Program-made: the position numbers and the translations under genes
Notes under the pieces: generated by a model
Seen by the model: only the letters and a program-made list of their open reading frames with translations
Told to the model about the DNA's origin: nothing
Databases searched by the model: none
Assembly (NCBI GenBank): GCA_028534125.1
Contig: CM052816.1
Coordinates: 44,828,001-44,892,000, forward strand
Length of the DNA stretch: 64,000 nt
Direction: 5' to 3'
Origin: Lama glama
Lineage: Eukaryota
Shown here: one piece after another, positions 26,515 through 39,900 of the stretch
Layout of the letters: each line of letters starts with the position of its first letter
Position numbering within the stretch: the stretch's first letter is position 1

Positions 26515-27018
26515 TGTAGTACATTAAATAATGGTCCCCAGAGATGGCCACATCCTAATCTCTAGATCCTGTAACTGTATCATCCCACATGGCAAAGAAA
26601 CTGCAGGTGTGAGTAAATTAACGCTCTTGAGATAGGAGATTATTTTGGACTATCTAAATGGGCCCAATCTAATCACAACAGTCCTGATTAGGGGAAAAGA
26701 GGAGCAGGAGGCTAGAGATGGAGATGTGATTATTGAAGCAGAGGTTAGAGTGATGAGAAGACTAGCTGTGAACATGGACGGTGACCATATGGAAGGTGAG
26801 TCAAGAAATGCTGGCAGCCTCTAGAGGCTGGGAAAGATAGGGAAACGGATTCTTTCCTAGAGACTCCAGAACGAATTCCATCCTACCAACACCTTGATTT
26901 TAGCCCAATGAATCTTACCTTGAACTTCTGACCTCTAGAACTGTAAGATAGCAAATTTGTGTGGCTTTAAGTAACTGAGTTTGTGGAAATGTGTCAGCAT
27001 CAATAGGACACTAATATA
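26515..27018 (+). mobile_element. Full-length solo MaLR LTR (MLT1D-like) with 5-bp TSD
   Basis: It begins tgtagt...aataatggtcccc and contains gagattattttggactatctaaatgggcccaatctaatcaca and cttctgacctctagaactgtaagata. It ends ...aataggacactaatata. The TSD GATGC lies at 26510-26514 and 27019-27023. Confidence 0.93.
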
Positions 27019-27104
27019 GATGCTTACCCACCAAGGAAGCAATTGTGCTATTTCAAACAAATTGAAGGCTTACCTTCTTAATTGATGAAGTTGTATCATA
27101 CTCA

Positions 27105-27694
27105 TGAGGCAGGAAGCCCCATAAAAAGACTGGCAGGACCCATAGGCAGGGCTGCTGCTCTCCTCCCAGCACCTTCCAGTTCCCTGGCTCAGAGGCTCTA
27201 TCTCACTTTTTTGCCTCTAACGCGGCTAACTTACACCTAGAATTCTATAGGTTCCCTGAGCTCACTTCTGATTGGTTATTTCCATCACTCCTGATTAGTT
27301 ATTACTCTCACTTCTGATTGGTTATTACTCTCACTCCTGATTGGCTATAACTCTCACTTCTGATTGGTCCACTTCCCTAACTTCTGATTGGTCCATTTGT
27401 AGTACTTCATTTGCATGGAGCTCACTCCTGATAGGTCTATTTCTACAAAGCTTGTTCCTGGTTGGTCAACTTCTGTTGTACCATATTTGCATATGATGTT
27501 GCAAAGTTTTAAAACTGGCAGCCTATAAAAGGCCTGTGTAAACCTACACACAGGGTCCAGGGCTTGAAGTGTTAACTCCTCTGGGCCTGCTGGCATAATA
27601 AACCTAAGTTCTCCAACTCTCTGAGTGCTGCTTGGTCTCTTGCCCAGATCCAGGTTGCTGTCACCACTGAGCTGTAACACATTTTTCCCCAACA
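27105..27694 (+). mobile_element. Solo ERV1-like LTR (590 bp) with 4-bp TSD and intact promoter elements
   Basis: It has TG...CA termini and the TSD CTCA at 27101-27104 and 27695-27698. TATAAAA lies at 27524-27530 and AATAAA at 27597-27602. There are tandem CCAAT repeats in U3. Confidence 0.9.
27263..27398 (+). repeat. Six tandem ~23-bp units, each centred on CTGATT(G/A)G (inverted CCAAT box)
   Basis: The units are cacttctgattggttatttccat / cactcctgattagttattactct / cacttctgattggttattactct / cactcctgattggctataactct / cacttctgattggtccacttccct / aacttctgattggtccattt. Two more degenerate units follow. Confidence 0.95.
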
Positions 27695-28179
27695 CTCAGA
27701 GAGATGGGCTAATATGCTGATTTCCTTTCTTTTGGTGAAAATGATTAAAACATATTGAATCTTAGTTATAGTCCTTCCAAGGAGCTAAGTTATTTTAAAA
27801 AGAAGAAGAAGGGTAGTTAGCTCATATGACTTAGAGTCATTGCATGATGTAGTTAATCTATTTCTCCAGAGGGATTTACAAATGTTGCTACATAAATTGA
27901 TTTTATATTGCATTAATTCACTTCTGAGTTATTTAAATATCCACCATTCTAAATCTAAAGACCATAGAATTTGATGAAATATTGTTTTTCCCCTTCCTGT
28001 CTGATCAAATAATATAATTCCTAAAAACAATAAAATAATAGCTAGTTGAATCATTTATGATTTTATCTGATTTTGTGCTTGAAGAATAAGAAATGGAGAA
28101 AGGGGAAGTAGTGCTATTTATTGAATACTCTATACTCAGAAGCTGTTCTGTTGAACAAATGCATTATTTCTCATTTTTA

Positions 28180-28935
28180 GCTATTGTCAGTAAAGTTACT
28201 GTCTGTTAATATTTGTGTACAAGTCTTCATGTGGATATAGGATTTTTTTTTTAATACCTAGGAGAAAAACTGGATGCTCACACAGTAAGAGTATATCTGA
28301 GATATAAATGTAGCTTACATCGTCATAAGAAACTGCAAAGCTTTTCCAAAGTTGCTGTACAATGTTGACTCCTACCAGTCATCTATGAGAGTTTTAGTTA
28401 TTCCACATCCGCTCCCACACTTACCATTGTTAGGCTCTTTTTAACTTCATCCACTCTAGTTGATACATAATAGTATCCCATTATGGATTTAATTTACATT
28501 TCTCTGATAACTAATGATGTTACGCATCTTTTAATGTGCTTATTGGCAACTTATGTGCCTTCATTTATAAAGTGTTTTGTTGAATCTTTTGCTCATTTTT
28601 AGTTAGGCTGTTTGTTATATTATTGAGTTAAATGAGTTCTTTGTATATTCTGGATATCAGTAATTTTTCAGATACCTATATTGCAGATATTTTCTCTAAC
28701 TTTTCATTTTCCCAATGGTTACTTTTGAAGAGCAAAAGTTTTCAATTTGACAAAGTCCAAATTTTTATGTTTTTCTTAATAGTATTTCTTATTTCTTCCT
28801 AGGAAATCTTTATGTAATACAAGGTCACAAAGATTTTCTTCTATGATTTTTTCTGGATGTTTTCTCGTTATAGCTTTTAACTTTTTGTCCATTTTGAGCT
28901 AATTTTCATATATGGCATGAGCTAAGAGTCGAAGT
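28180..28935 (-). mobile_element. Ancient L1M (L1MA/L1MB-like) ORF2 3' fragment
   Basis: Classic antisense L1 text is present: ttttccaaagttgctgtacaatgttgactcctaccag..., ttaatttacatttctctgataactaatgatgtt..., gagttctttgtatattctggata. Confidence 0.88.
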
Positions 28936-29149
28936 CAAGGATCATAGACCTATATTTGGTGTAGGTTACAAGAAGATATTTATCACACCTTACAAGCTGT
29001 ACAGTAAAAATAACTGCAATTTAATGTAAATTATCCCTCAATATAGGTGATTCAAAAATGTATTATGGGTGTCTAGCAAATGTCAGAAGCTGTGAGTAAA
29101 AGAAAGATCACTGAAGAACAGAAATTTTCTCAAACACTTTTTTTAAATT

Positions 29150-29366
29150 AATAAGTTAACAATACTGTTTTGTGCATTTGAAAATTACTAAGACAGTACA
29201 TCTTAAAAGTTTTTGTCACATAAAAAAGTGTATTAACTATGTATGTTGAGGGATGTTAATTAAACCTATTGTGGTGATCAATTCACAATATACACAAATA
29301 TAAATAATTATGTTATACACCTAAAACTAATACAATGTTGTATGTCAACTGCATCTCAATTAAAAA
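29150..29366 (+). mobile_element. L1MA-type 3' end
   Basis: It reads aacaatactgttttgtgcatttgaaaattactaagacagtacatcttaaaag...tgttatacacctaaaactaatacaatgttgtatgtcaactgcatctcaattaaaa. Confidence 0.85.
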
Positions 29367-30349
29367 GAGGGGGGAATCTAACAGCAAAGGGCAGAAACAT
29401 GCACAAAACAAAATCAATATACATATTTATCAAAAAATATAGCCTAAACTCCTAAATATTTGGGTTAATCAATCTTTTTCTTAGCGAGTATGTTGTATAG
29501 GAAAAAAATAACACATTCAGAAGAACTGTAATCAATTTTTGATTATCTACTTTGTAATCTACACACTCTAATTTTTATTTTCCCCATCATCTACATTTCT
29601 ACATCGTTCTCCAACTGTCAATCAGTTACATATTTTAGCAAATACAAACATATTTTATTTTTAGCATAAGCAAAACCAAAGTGAAATGTGCATTACAATG
29701 CCTCAATAACAATTTAGGGAATTACTTCTTAACCTTCTGTTAGATATAGTGAGAGTTAATTTTACCTTAACATAATATTATGTTCTGCATCTTATTATCA
29801 TTATTACATATTGGTAATAAATAACAGGACTGATAAGGGCCAACCAAGACTCTAGACCTATGGACACCAAGGGAAATTTCTGAAAAGTAAGTTACCTAAA
29901 ACATTTTCTGTTATTAAGATCCAGGATTTTATGCATCTCTGGCAACATAGGAATAACCTACAAATTGGGACGTAGCAGGCAGAATAAAAGAAACAGAAGG
30001 CAAAGATTCTGCTTTATCAAATTAGAAAGGTATTGAACTTCGAATGAAGCACCAAAGATGTTCAAGCCTCTTGATGTATTTTTTAAAATTCCAAATAGTA
30101 AACTGAATTTACAAAATTTTCTTTGAATTAAGAGGAAAGATAAATTCTATAAAATTCCTAGCTTTGAGGATGATTTTTTTAAATGTATTCTCTTTGATTA
30201 GTGTACAAACTTGATTTATTTTAGTTCAAGTGAAAATATAATAAAGCTCCCCCTCTCCCAGAGTCTCCACTGACTATAGTCACCAAAATACTCTTTTTTC
30301 TATTAATTCCTGTTTCTAAATACAAATTCTTCTAAGTTGGAATTTTTCC

Positions 30350-30371
30350 AAAAAAAAAAAAAAAAAAAAAA
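30350..30371 (+). repeat. Poly(A) tract (22 A)
   Basis: Homopolymer run seen directly. Confidence 0.95.
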
Positions 30372-33300
30372 CAAAATGCCAAAGACTCTGCTCTTCTGAT
30401 GTTGTCCAGGGATTTATAATTAAGTATCCTGGTACCAAACCCACCCATTCACCTCCCCCCACCTCCACCTGCACCATCACAAGTATCAGCAACACTGTAG
30501 CAGACTAAAACTTCTCAAACATCACGGAAAGGCCAACTGCCTGTTTTGGGAACAGAATCCCAAGTGGTGGAAAAAAGAAAGGGAACTATGTTGCAGTGGA
30601 TCAGGTAATATAAACTACTTGCTAATAATAAATCAATTCTATAATTTCCTTCTTGTTCTCAAAGTAAATCTAGGCTCTTGATTCTAACTATACTTTTATA
30701 AAATATTTTAAAGCCTCTTTAAGTTTCTTTGCCATCATATAAAGATTAAAGTGGAAAGAGTAAAATTCCTCAGCTTCTAAATGAATCCCACCACCACCAC
30801 TACTCTGTTATTTTTAATGAAGTATACATTTTAAATGATTCCACTTTTTCTACCAGTTTTCTTCATCTGGGATAAACACTGTTAACTGTTTCTTTTATAC
30901 CTTCTCAATATTTTTCTCTAAATATTTTAAACCTATGGAATGATTTTATGTTCTGTTCTATGACCTTTTTTACTCAATCAATATAGCTCAGGCAATTTTT
31001 CATTTAAGTACATAGAGGTAGGCTTACCACATTTTTTGTTTAGTGATTGCATAATTCCACTTTCTATTCTTAACAGCCACTGAGCAACATAAAGGCATGT
31101 GTAAGAAAAGAAAAAATGTTCAGCCTCTAATCAGCATACAAGTTACACACACATATAAAAACTTGAATATACATATACATGCACACATATATATAAGTAT
31201 ATACACATGTATATATATATATGCTGCTGTCAGCTAACAATGTACTATTTCAGGTGGATGCTCAGTACTCACAGAAGACCCAAAGGATGCGTATCACTGC
31301 TAAATAGATAGATGAAGTGCCAAAATGGATGTTGCCTTTCTTTTATTCAGGCAAATGCAATGTTTTGTCTGCCAAGAATTTGACATTTTGCTTAAGTGTA
31401 AGATGAGAAAATATTTAAGTAGGCATTAAAGGAAAGCAGAGAAACTTGAATAGTAATAGCAAAACGCCAGTAAAAGGACCACACAAATTAGTCCCAGTCC
31501 TTTCGGCAAAGGTCAGGAGAATGCAGAATAGACCTATCAGAAATAATGGTTGAAAAAAACTGCACAGAAATATAACATAACATGGAACACTTTCAGTCTA
31601 TGACTATCCACAGCCAAAATATGCCTGGTTGGAGAAGATCAGGTAAGAAAAATATGTGAGCAGATGATACATCCTTTCGAGGCTGCCTCTACTGCTGAAG
31701 AACAGGCAAATCAATAATTCAGCCTTTAACGCTATGTAAAATCTTGCAGCAGAGTTGGTACAATTCAGTAAATGCCATCCATCCACAAAGCCCATCCCAA
31801 GCCAATTTCCAACAGCCAACATTTTCCAGCTTATTTTCTCTATAATATTTAGCTTTTTGCTTTAATTACGCTTGATATTTATAAAGAGAAAGCTGGCGTG
31901 GTAATAATTGGATAGATTTTTTTTTTAATCTACGTTGGCAGCAACAGAATTTTCTCCTATATTTGAAGAGCAATACAAAAGCAAAACTTCCTTTTCTCAC
32001 ATACTCAGTGCCAAAACTATCCTGTGAGTCACACAGTTTCTCTAAATCATGTTGTTCTGAGAGTTGAGACGTGCTGTCTTAAAGCTGCTGTCAGGCTCAC
32101 ACTGTACCTCAGTGAGTACCGAAAACTACCCCGTCAGTCCATCAAAATGCATGTACCTCTCCAAGGCACCCTTTCTTTTTCTCCTTCTTTCTTTTCTTCT
32201 CTACTTCCTTCTGACATCCTTACATATTTCTTTCCTTCCTTCTAGCCTTTCTTGCTTGCTTTTTTCCCCCTCTATTCTTTTCTCCCCACCTTCCTCTATC
32301 TCTCTTGTTCAAGATGCAAAAGAGACCAACACAACGACAAGCTCTTAAAATCAGAAATCCGAAGGAAATTTGGGGGATCCCAACATAACAAGGAAATTCT
32401 CCTCCTCGTCATATTCTTTTGTGTAATTCCAGCACAGTGCTTTCACCCTTAAGGAAAAAACGAATCTCCTAACAGGAAAAACAATTTTGTGTTGAATTAA
32501 AGACTTTAATATCCATAAAATATTTTAATTATTGGTAATAAAATTTTATTTATTAATATTAATCAAATATAAATGTATTCCTAAACCTTTTCATCATGAA
32601 ATATGTACTTAAACTTGCATTATGCAATCTTGGAAAGGAATGCTTTTTACTAAGCACTAACAGCATTGTGAGTTGATTGACTAGACAAAATTCAAATATA
32701 TGTCTGTAAACTGTTATTACAAAGCAGGTCTCCTAAGTTCTTATTCTCTTCAGTTATTCTCAGTATTTTTTAAATACCAAAAACCTTTCTTTAAATTTTA
32801 AAATTCACTTTGCAAGCAAAACAGATAACTCCACAAGCACACAGCTACTAAAATTTCCATTTATATATTCAAAATACCTGTTTTGAAAGGACAATTACCT
32901 GTTTTCAGTCACAACTTAGGTGTAAATCTCTAAAATTTTAGCTGACAGGTTTTACTATGTAATAAAACATGTCAAATTCAAACTGACAAGTGGATTTCAT
33001 CATTGGAGGGTTTTTCCTAACACCTTTTTCCATTATAATACAAGTACTACTTAGCCATATGATTTTCTGCAAAACCTAACCAAAAATGTAAAACATAATG
33101 CATGTCGCCACATCTTAACACTCTTACGGAAGGTTCTGTGGGGAGGGGAAGAGCCTTGCTAAATTCAGAGAAGTGTACTGTCTGTAAATGAAGAGGCTGC
33201 CAGCTTTCATCTGTTCTTTCTCTAGGTACACTTCTGCCTTCTCAACGGGAACCAGGACAGGTAGCTCATCTCTTGCTGTATCCCCAGAATTCTTCAGATA

Positions 33301-33973
33301 CTCCATTTGTGGACTTAGAATATCAGTATTGTCCAGACACACTTATTCTAAACAGATGATCTGGACACAGAGGGATGTCCTCCAAAGGGAGCTTAACCAC
33401 TGTATTTGTAGCCTATCTTTTAACAGAGATCTGGAGAGATGTAAAGTGCAATCACCCTATTAAGGTTGCACATGGACCATTTTTTTTAATCAAACTGGAA
33501 ATTATAGGATAATATAATATACTACGTTAATTTATTTCCAGTCACAATTGATATTGGAAATAAAGACTGATATAACAAGTTCTTCTTCCTTTTTTTCCTG
33601 TGTGCTTTTATTGTGGGTATTGATTCTTGTTTGGTGAGAGATTAAAATACAGTTCACTAAAATTGTGTGTGTGCGTGTAAAATCTATTCCATTACCCCAG
33701 TCATCAGCATGGGCATTAAACAATAAAAATTGGTACTCTAGTCCAGCTACAGCAAAACTTGTTAATTTCACAACATATCCTTAGATAAGAAACAGGCATT
33801 AAGATTGTATTTGCATACAAACTTTTAATTATTTAACTTTTTAACCTACCAATAGATATTTACAATCTTAATTGTTCATACAATTGCCTCAACGTTAAGT
33901 AGAAAATGATATTTATGTATTATCAAATGTCATATAACAAAAGAAGAGCTTCCTTGTTATTAAAAGTGGACCA

Positions 33974-33993
33974 CTAGTGCCCCCTTCTGGTAT
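33974..33993 (-). promoter_or_regulatory. CTCF core motif
   Basis: The minus strand reads ATACCAGAAGGGGGCACTAG, matching the CTCF core CCA(C/G)(C/T)AG(A/G)(G/T)GGC(A/G)C except at one position. It lies in unique AT-rich sequence. Binding is not demonstrated. Confidence 0.65.
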
Positions 33994-36900
33994 GAAAAAT
34001 GAAGAACGATTATTCTCTGGACTTGAAAAGACACTCTACGCTAATCCCCTAAACAGCTGTTTCAAGTCAGATTTATGCCAATTGTGTTCTAATTTACAAA
34101 TAAACCCCTCATTTTTCTCCTAAAATGTTTAATATTTTAATGTTTACTACTTTGAGTTACCTTCCTAGGAAACATTATAAAGCCAGGGAATCTTGTTAAT
34201 TCTTAAATATAATCAAACACCTTTATTGAAATTGAGCTTTAAAATAAATTCTGGTGAGGAAAAAAATCTTTTAAAAAGTATATGAAGTTTTATCTTCATT
34301 GATTTTACATTTGGTTGTGTGAAAGCTAAAAAACCTGAACCTATACCTGCCGTAATCGCATTAAATGTCATATTGCCTCGCTCTTCACCAAATTCAAACT
34401 GATGCTCACAGACACACTCATTCATTACATCTCTCTATGACATAACATAAAGGGCAAAAGGCAGCATGATAGATTAAAAAGATATGATGGTACAATATTA
34501 ATTACAGTATCAGCACCCTTTTCAAGCTCAGACCACATATAAATGTCTATTTTCACTTTTACATTCAGAATATACTTTGAGGGAGAATGAATCTATTCCA
34601 CAGAAGTAGTAAACGGGAATTTTGGTTGGATTTTCTCATGTCAGAATGGCACCAAGTGTGAGCCAACTAGAAACTTTGGAATTTCTGTCTTTAACCCTAT
34701 TTGTGTCTTGTGCAATTATTTTAAGAAAGTGAGACTGGAAAATATTATACAAATCATAATGTGACCAGGTACAATAAAACAGAAATATTTAACTCAAAAA
34801 TTCTTCTCCATGAAACTAAAACTCCAATAATATATTTTCCCAAATAATTTTATAGAAGTATAACAAAATAATCACGTCAAAAGTGACATATTAAAATAAA
34901 TAATACTGTATTCTTAAATTCTAATAGGTTTCTTAGTGTTGGGTGTATTACAGTAAACTTATGAAACCCTCCATTAGTAAAACTGCACACAAATCAACAC
35001 TAACTTGTAATACCTTTCAAATATGTCACAATAAAATATTCAATATTTAGAATATACTTCATCAAACTATGAATTTATATTCAAGATCAACCTCAGAAAA
35101 AAATTCAGCTTCAATCAGGAATGTCATGCTAACCCTTCAAATAAGCTTGCTAAATGTTCCTGTTATCTGATTAGGCTCAATTCATATTTTACTCCTCTAG
35201 GACCCTTATTCCATGTAATTATTACCCATATCTCATTACATAATAATTTTGCTTTCTGAAAAATGTAATGACTGCATAGTTCTCAATCTTTCCTGCTGCC
35301 TGCTTCAGGATTGTGTTTCTTTTCCACTGATGCAATTTAACTTTCACACATGGCAAATGACAACTACTCCAATTTTGTGATGCAAAAGAACCAAATATAT
35401 CAGGCCTAACTGGATTTAATGACATGTTTCTCAATCCTCTATCGCAAATTGGAAAGTCCTACTCTGGGAAAGTACGGAAGACCGAGAAAGTGGCTACCCA
35501 GGGGATAATTTCTGAATGGATATGTTTTTATCTATCAAATTAGGGACTCTCCTATAGCTCATCCTTCTGATGAGGAGTAACAGCGGGGTGAGGATTGCTG
35601 ACTTCGCTAGTTATTCCTTTCCTGGGCATTTGGACAGAATCACTTCTAGTTACTAAAAATCCGTGGTGTGATCCAGATGTCTCCATTCCCCCTTTTCTCT
35701 TTAGATTTTCAAAAAGATACAAAGCAATCACTATATATTCAGAATTATAAATCCAATGAGAAAGCAATTTAAATTATAATCCTATTTTTAAGAAGCAATA
35801 ATGATTGCATCATATCACAGAAACACTAAAATGTATTTGATTTCTAGCTTTAACTGTTTGCACTTAATTATAGCCCTCATTTTATTATCACTACCAACAG
35901 CCATATGTGGGGCACCTTTGAATACAATCTCTCTGACACTCGGAGGCCAATTCTCTCTGAATGCAAACGACACACAGTACAGCTGCTGTGTGTTGCTGCT
36001 GGCGTGCGGACACTAGAGAAATGCAATTGTTGCTAAGCTGAATATTAATAAATATCCAGCTAAAAAAAGAACCAGGCATTAAGGTATCAGGCAAATGAGG
36101 CTTTCAGGCATATTTACACTATATTCAGAAATTTCTGATTTGCTTCTTGCAATTTAGAAGGAAAAGGATCCCTAATAATTCAGTCATAAATGAAACAACA
36201 AGATGAAGTTAAAATATCGCTATTATAATCAAAAGGACTGTCAAAAGAGAGCGAATGTGATCTATGAAGGTGGGAGAAAAATCATCTGTATGAACTTACA
36301 AAATCAGCCCCAAATTCTAATTTTTAATCCATATTTACAAGTTATCCAAATGTTTAAAATATTGGGGAAAAAAACTAGGTTTTCCCATTTCTGTAAACAT
36401 TTATAGCATTTGTACACATCCTGGTTCTTCTAGTTTTATATTTCCCAACCTACATTTTAAGTTTGGTGTATGTATACTAATTGTGAGAAGCATAAAATGA
36501 TGTTCAAACAGAAACAAAAATAAGGGAGAAAAAGGTGTTTCAAAAAATTAGCAAATACAGCTGTTATACCTGTTACTGATAAATTCCAAGTATAAGTAAA
36601 GATTTTTTTCCCCACGGTAGATCGTGGGAGTTCATGATAACTATAGGTATGATCAAGGCTTATTTCAATGCTTTGAAATGTCAAATGAGTAATTTTATTC
36701 TCTTTTATTTTTAAACTATTTGCAGAGACAACACAAAATTATATAATGTTACATTTATTTTAACCTACACTTCTTTCTTCATACGGTTACTTGTCTAAAC
36801 ATTTCACTAACATTGTGCAATTTTAAACTGAGAAAAAGAACAAAGTTACAAGTGTGACAATTTATCAGGAATAGATTAAGTGACAGCTGTAACTAGAATC

Positions 36901-39900
36901 AGAATTAGTAGATTATTTTAATAGTTCCAGGAAGAGTATAATTTACAAAAGTACATTTGAATGATGTTAGGAAGATAGCAGGAGGAATTATTTGCTTAGC
37001 AAAAGATGATTTCTTTAAATTAAACTTTGGTAATATTCTCTCCACTAGAATAATTTTTTTTCAGTATAGAGAGATGTGTCTCTTGATTCAACAATTCAAT
37101 TCACCAATGAGCTCATTGACATGAAGGAAAAATTAGTATTTCCCTAAAATTTTGCTCAAGTCATGGAATCTGCAAATTTTTTATTTTTTTAAATCAACTT
37201 CTGACGCACTAACTGTCCTTCCTCTTACTATAACTCTTAAAAAATTATATGTGTCCCTCAATTTTTGATATGTTAAACTGGCTGCATATCTTTCTCATAA
37301 TCTAATTTCTAAAAAAAAAAAAACTTATTCAAGCAAATCTTCATTATGCCCCCTTAACCAAGTCTCCAAGATCTAGAATTCTTTCCTTTTTTTCTTGCAA
37401 AAATTGCCTACAACTCTACTCCTCCAAGAAATCTCAACCATTTAACAGAAAATAATCCAAATTTTCCTCAAGTCTAGTATCTTAATAGTCAATATGTACT
37501 CTACTACCAGAAATAACCTACTTGACATCAATATAAATAGTTATGTTTCCTGATATACTTTCTATGAAGTATCTTTCGTTATTTGCATCAGTCTGTACTT
37601 CTGTAGTCTATTCATTTGTATGCCATTTCATTAGATTAAAAAAGAAAAAACCTTCCAGAAGACCCATTTATCCCCTGTACAGTGATATGTACATTCAGGC
37701 ACTTACAATGTTGATGATGATCAACATGATTCTCATGATAATACTGATTAAAAACATTATTATTATTTTCATAAATGTTCCTGAAAAGGGAGAACTTCAA
37801 TTTGGTAATCAGACTGAATGCTAACAAGTGGTTCAACTCCAAAGTTTATAATTTTAAAATTTCTCTTACTCCTTCTTGGGAAAGAATAATCTGATAACTA
37901 CTCATTATCCTCTTTGACTTCAATAAGTTTTACGAAACTGAGTATATTTATCAGGGCACTGAATCTTTCAATACTCATTATAAGCCAAATCAGGATTGTA
38001 TAAGGATGGTAAGGAAAGAAAATGCATGATATCTTTACCCTCACAGTGATTACCTTCTCTTTAAAAGCAAAATAAATTTATTATAGAGCATAGGCTCTAA
38101 GTTATGGAGATTCTTATAGTCTCTTTTAAATTTAAACTATGCATTCAGTATTATATTTACTAAGACAAAGGTAAAAATATTTTCTCCATTAACTGATACA
38201 AATGTTTCTTCAACAGAGGCAAGGAAAAAGAAAAGCAAATGAATTACAAATACACAAACTGAGCAATACGTAGATAGGTAAATAGATACAGGCTAGAAAT
38301 GCAAACAAAATTAAAGATTTGAGCTGTGTTGTGTTATTGATTTTGGTTAAATAGAAGAAAGAGCATTTTTAGTATAGTAATATCCATATTTATGATACAC
38401 TTAACTTAGTCTCCAGTTTGCTGCCTGGTTTTTGGTTTGCTAAAGGAGAAGAGAAAGGAGTTCTACAGTCTCTGGGCAAAAACTCTAGGAATTTGACATC
38501 AACTGACCAAATTCTTTCTAATCCTGAATTGTAATTGGAGAGTCAGTACCTATCAAAGTTCTATTGTAGAACTAAAAAAAATGGCCATGTGTAAACTCAG
38601 TAAATGACCATGTAAAAAAATAAATGGATAGAAAGAAAATCAAACATCAATCCATAGACTAAGGCACAATCAGAGACAAATACATTTATAATTGAAAAAA
38701 ATAAAAGAAAATGTGACTTGAAAATACTTATTAAATCTTCATATGACAATTTAAACTACAGTTCTACAAACACGAACATTCTGTACAGGAAAGCAGTTAT
38801 CAACAGAAATTAACATTTTATCATATCATAGTTTCATCTGGAAAAAAGTTCTTCATTTTACCCATTGGTAAGCAAGGCCTTTCTAAACAGATTCTAAATA
38901 ACATCAGAAATAACATCACGAAAGTTCATTAAGGACATTCATTCCAAGTACATCAAGCTTTGGAAAGGAATGACAGTTTTTTAATGGTAGTGCGTCTCCT
39001 TGAAATGAATTGTTTTCTTGAATTTCCTCTGTTGGAACTTGTACAGTTGGACACACGCAGTTGATCATTCCTAGTATTTGCATGAATGTGTATGTGCTTG
39101 TGAGTGGCCACTATGTGTGAAGTCTAGGGGGACTGCTCCATGTTAATGAGAAACCAAGGAATTCCTCTAACAGCATCTGGCTTAAGTGTGAATCACATAA
39201 TTTAAAGCTGTCTTACATGTCTCGCTTCAAATTTCAGGCCCTCTTTCTTTAAAAGCACTTTAGTCACTGTAATATTAAAAGAGGGAAAGTGTTTTCCCTC
39301 ATGTTTCAGGTAGCAATTATGAATTGGGACTAGCACCATCTCATGTGTTCTGATGATACAGAATGAACATCACAAACTCATAGTGCTGCTTTCAGTAAAA
39401 CTTGAAAAGGCAGACATCCCACAGTCAGGTGCATCCTAATCTGACAATACGCCTCTCATGAGCACAGGTCTGCAGTCTGTAGGCAAAATGATCAGTCAAC
39501 CCAATTCGCTCTAATGCTGAACCCTTTGAATATGAAAGTCCACCTCGTCTTACCAGACTCAGAGCCTTGTTTTTTACACCTTTCTTTGTAAAGATCATAA
39601 TGTAGACACTCATCAAAACTTTAACAACGTGTTGCCAGCAGTTTCCCTGACAAAACCAAGACTAATGTGAAATTTGAAATCAAAGTTGCTTTTATTTGAA
39701 TTAAATAAAAATAATTGGCAGTATATTTTAATGATGTCACTAAGCTAAACCCACATCAAACCTTCATTTTGATAATTCCATGACTTTTAAACTAGATTCA
39801 TGTATAAGCGAACAACTTCACAACAGTGAAGACACATTTCCAGAGAAAAGCAAGTTTGCAATTAACATCTAAAAATAAATTATTTAAATTGTTCCTCTGG

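Noticed and set aside
27263..27398. Regularly spaced ~23-bp repeats superficially like a CRISPR array
   Set aside because: They are head-to-tail units without unique spacers, inside a TG...CA LTR in mammalian DNA, with no cas genes.
27354..27695. 113-aa minus-strand ORF
   Set aside because: It lies wholly within the antisense strand of the solo LTR, and the WTNQK repeats derive from the CCAAT units.
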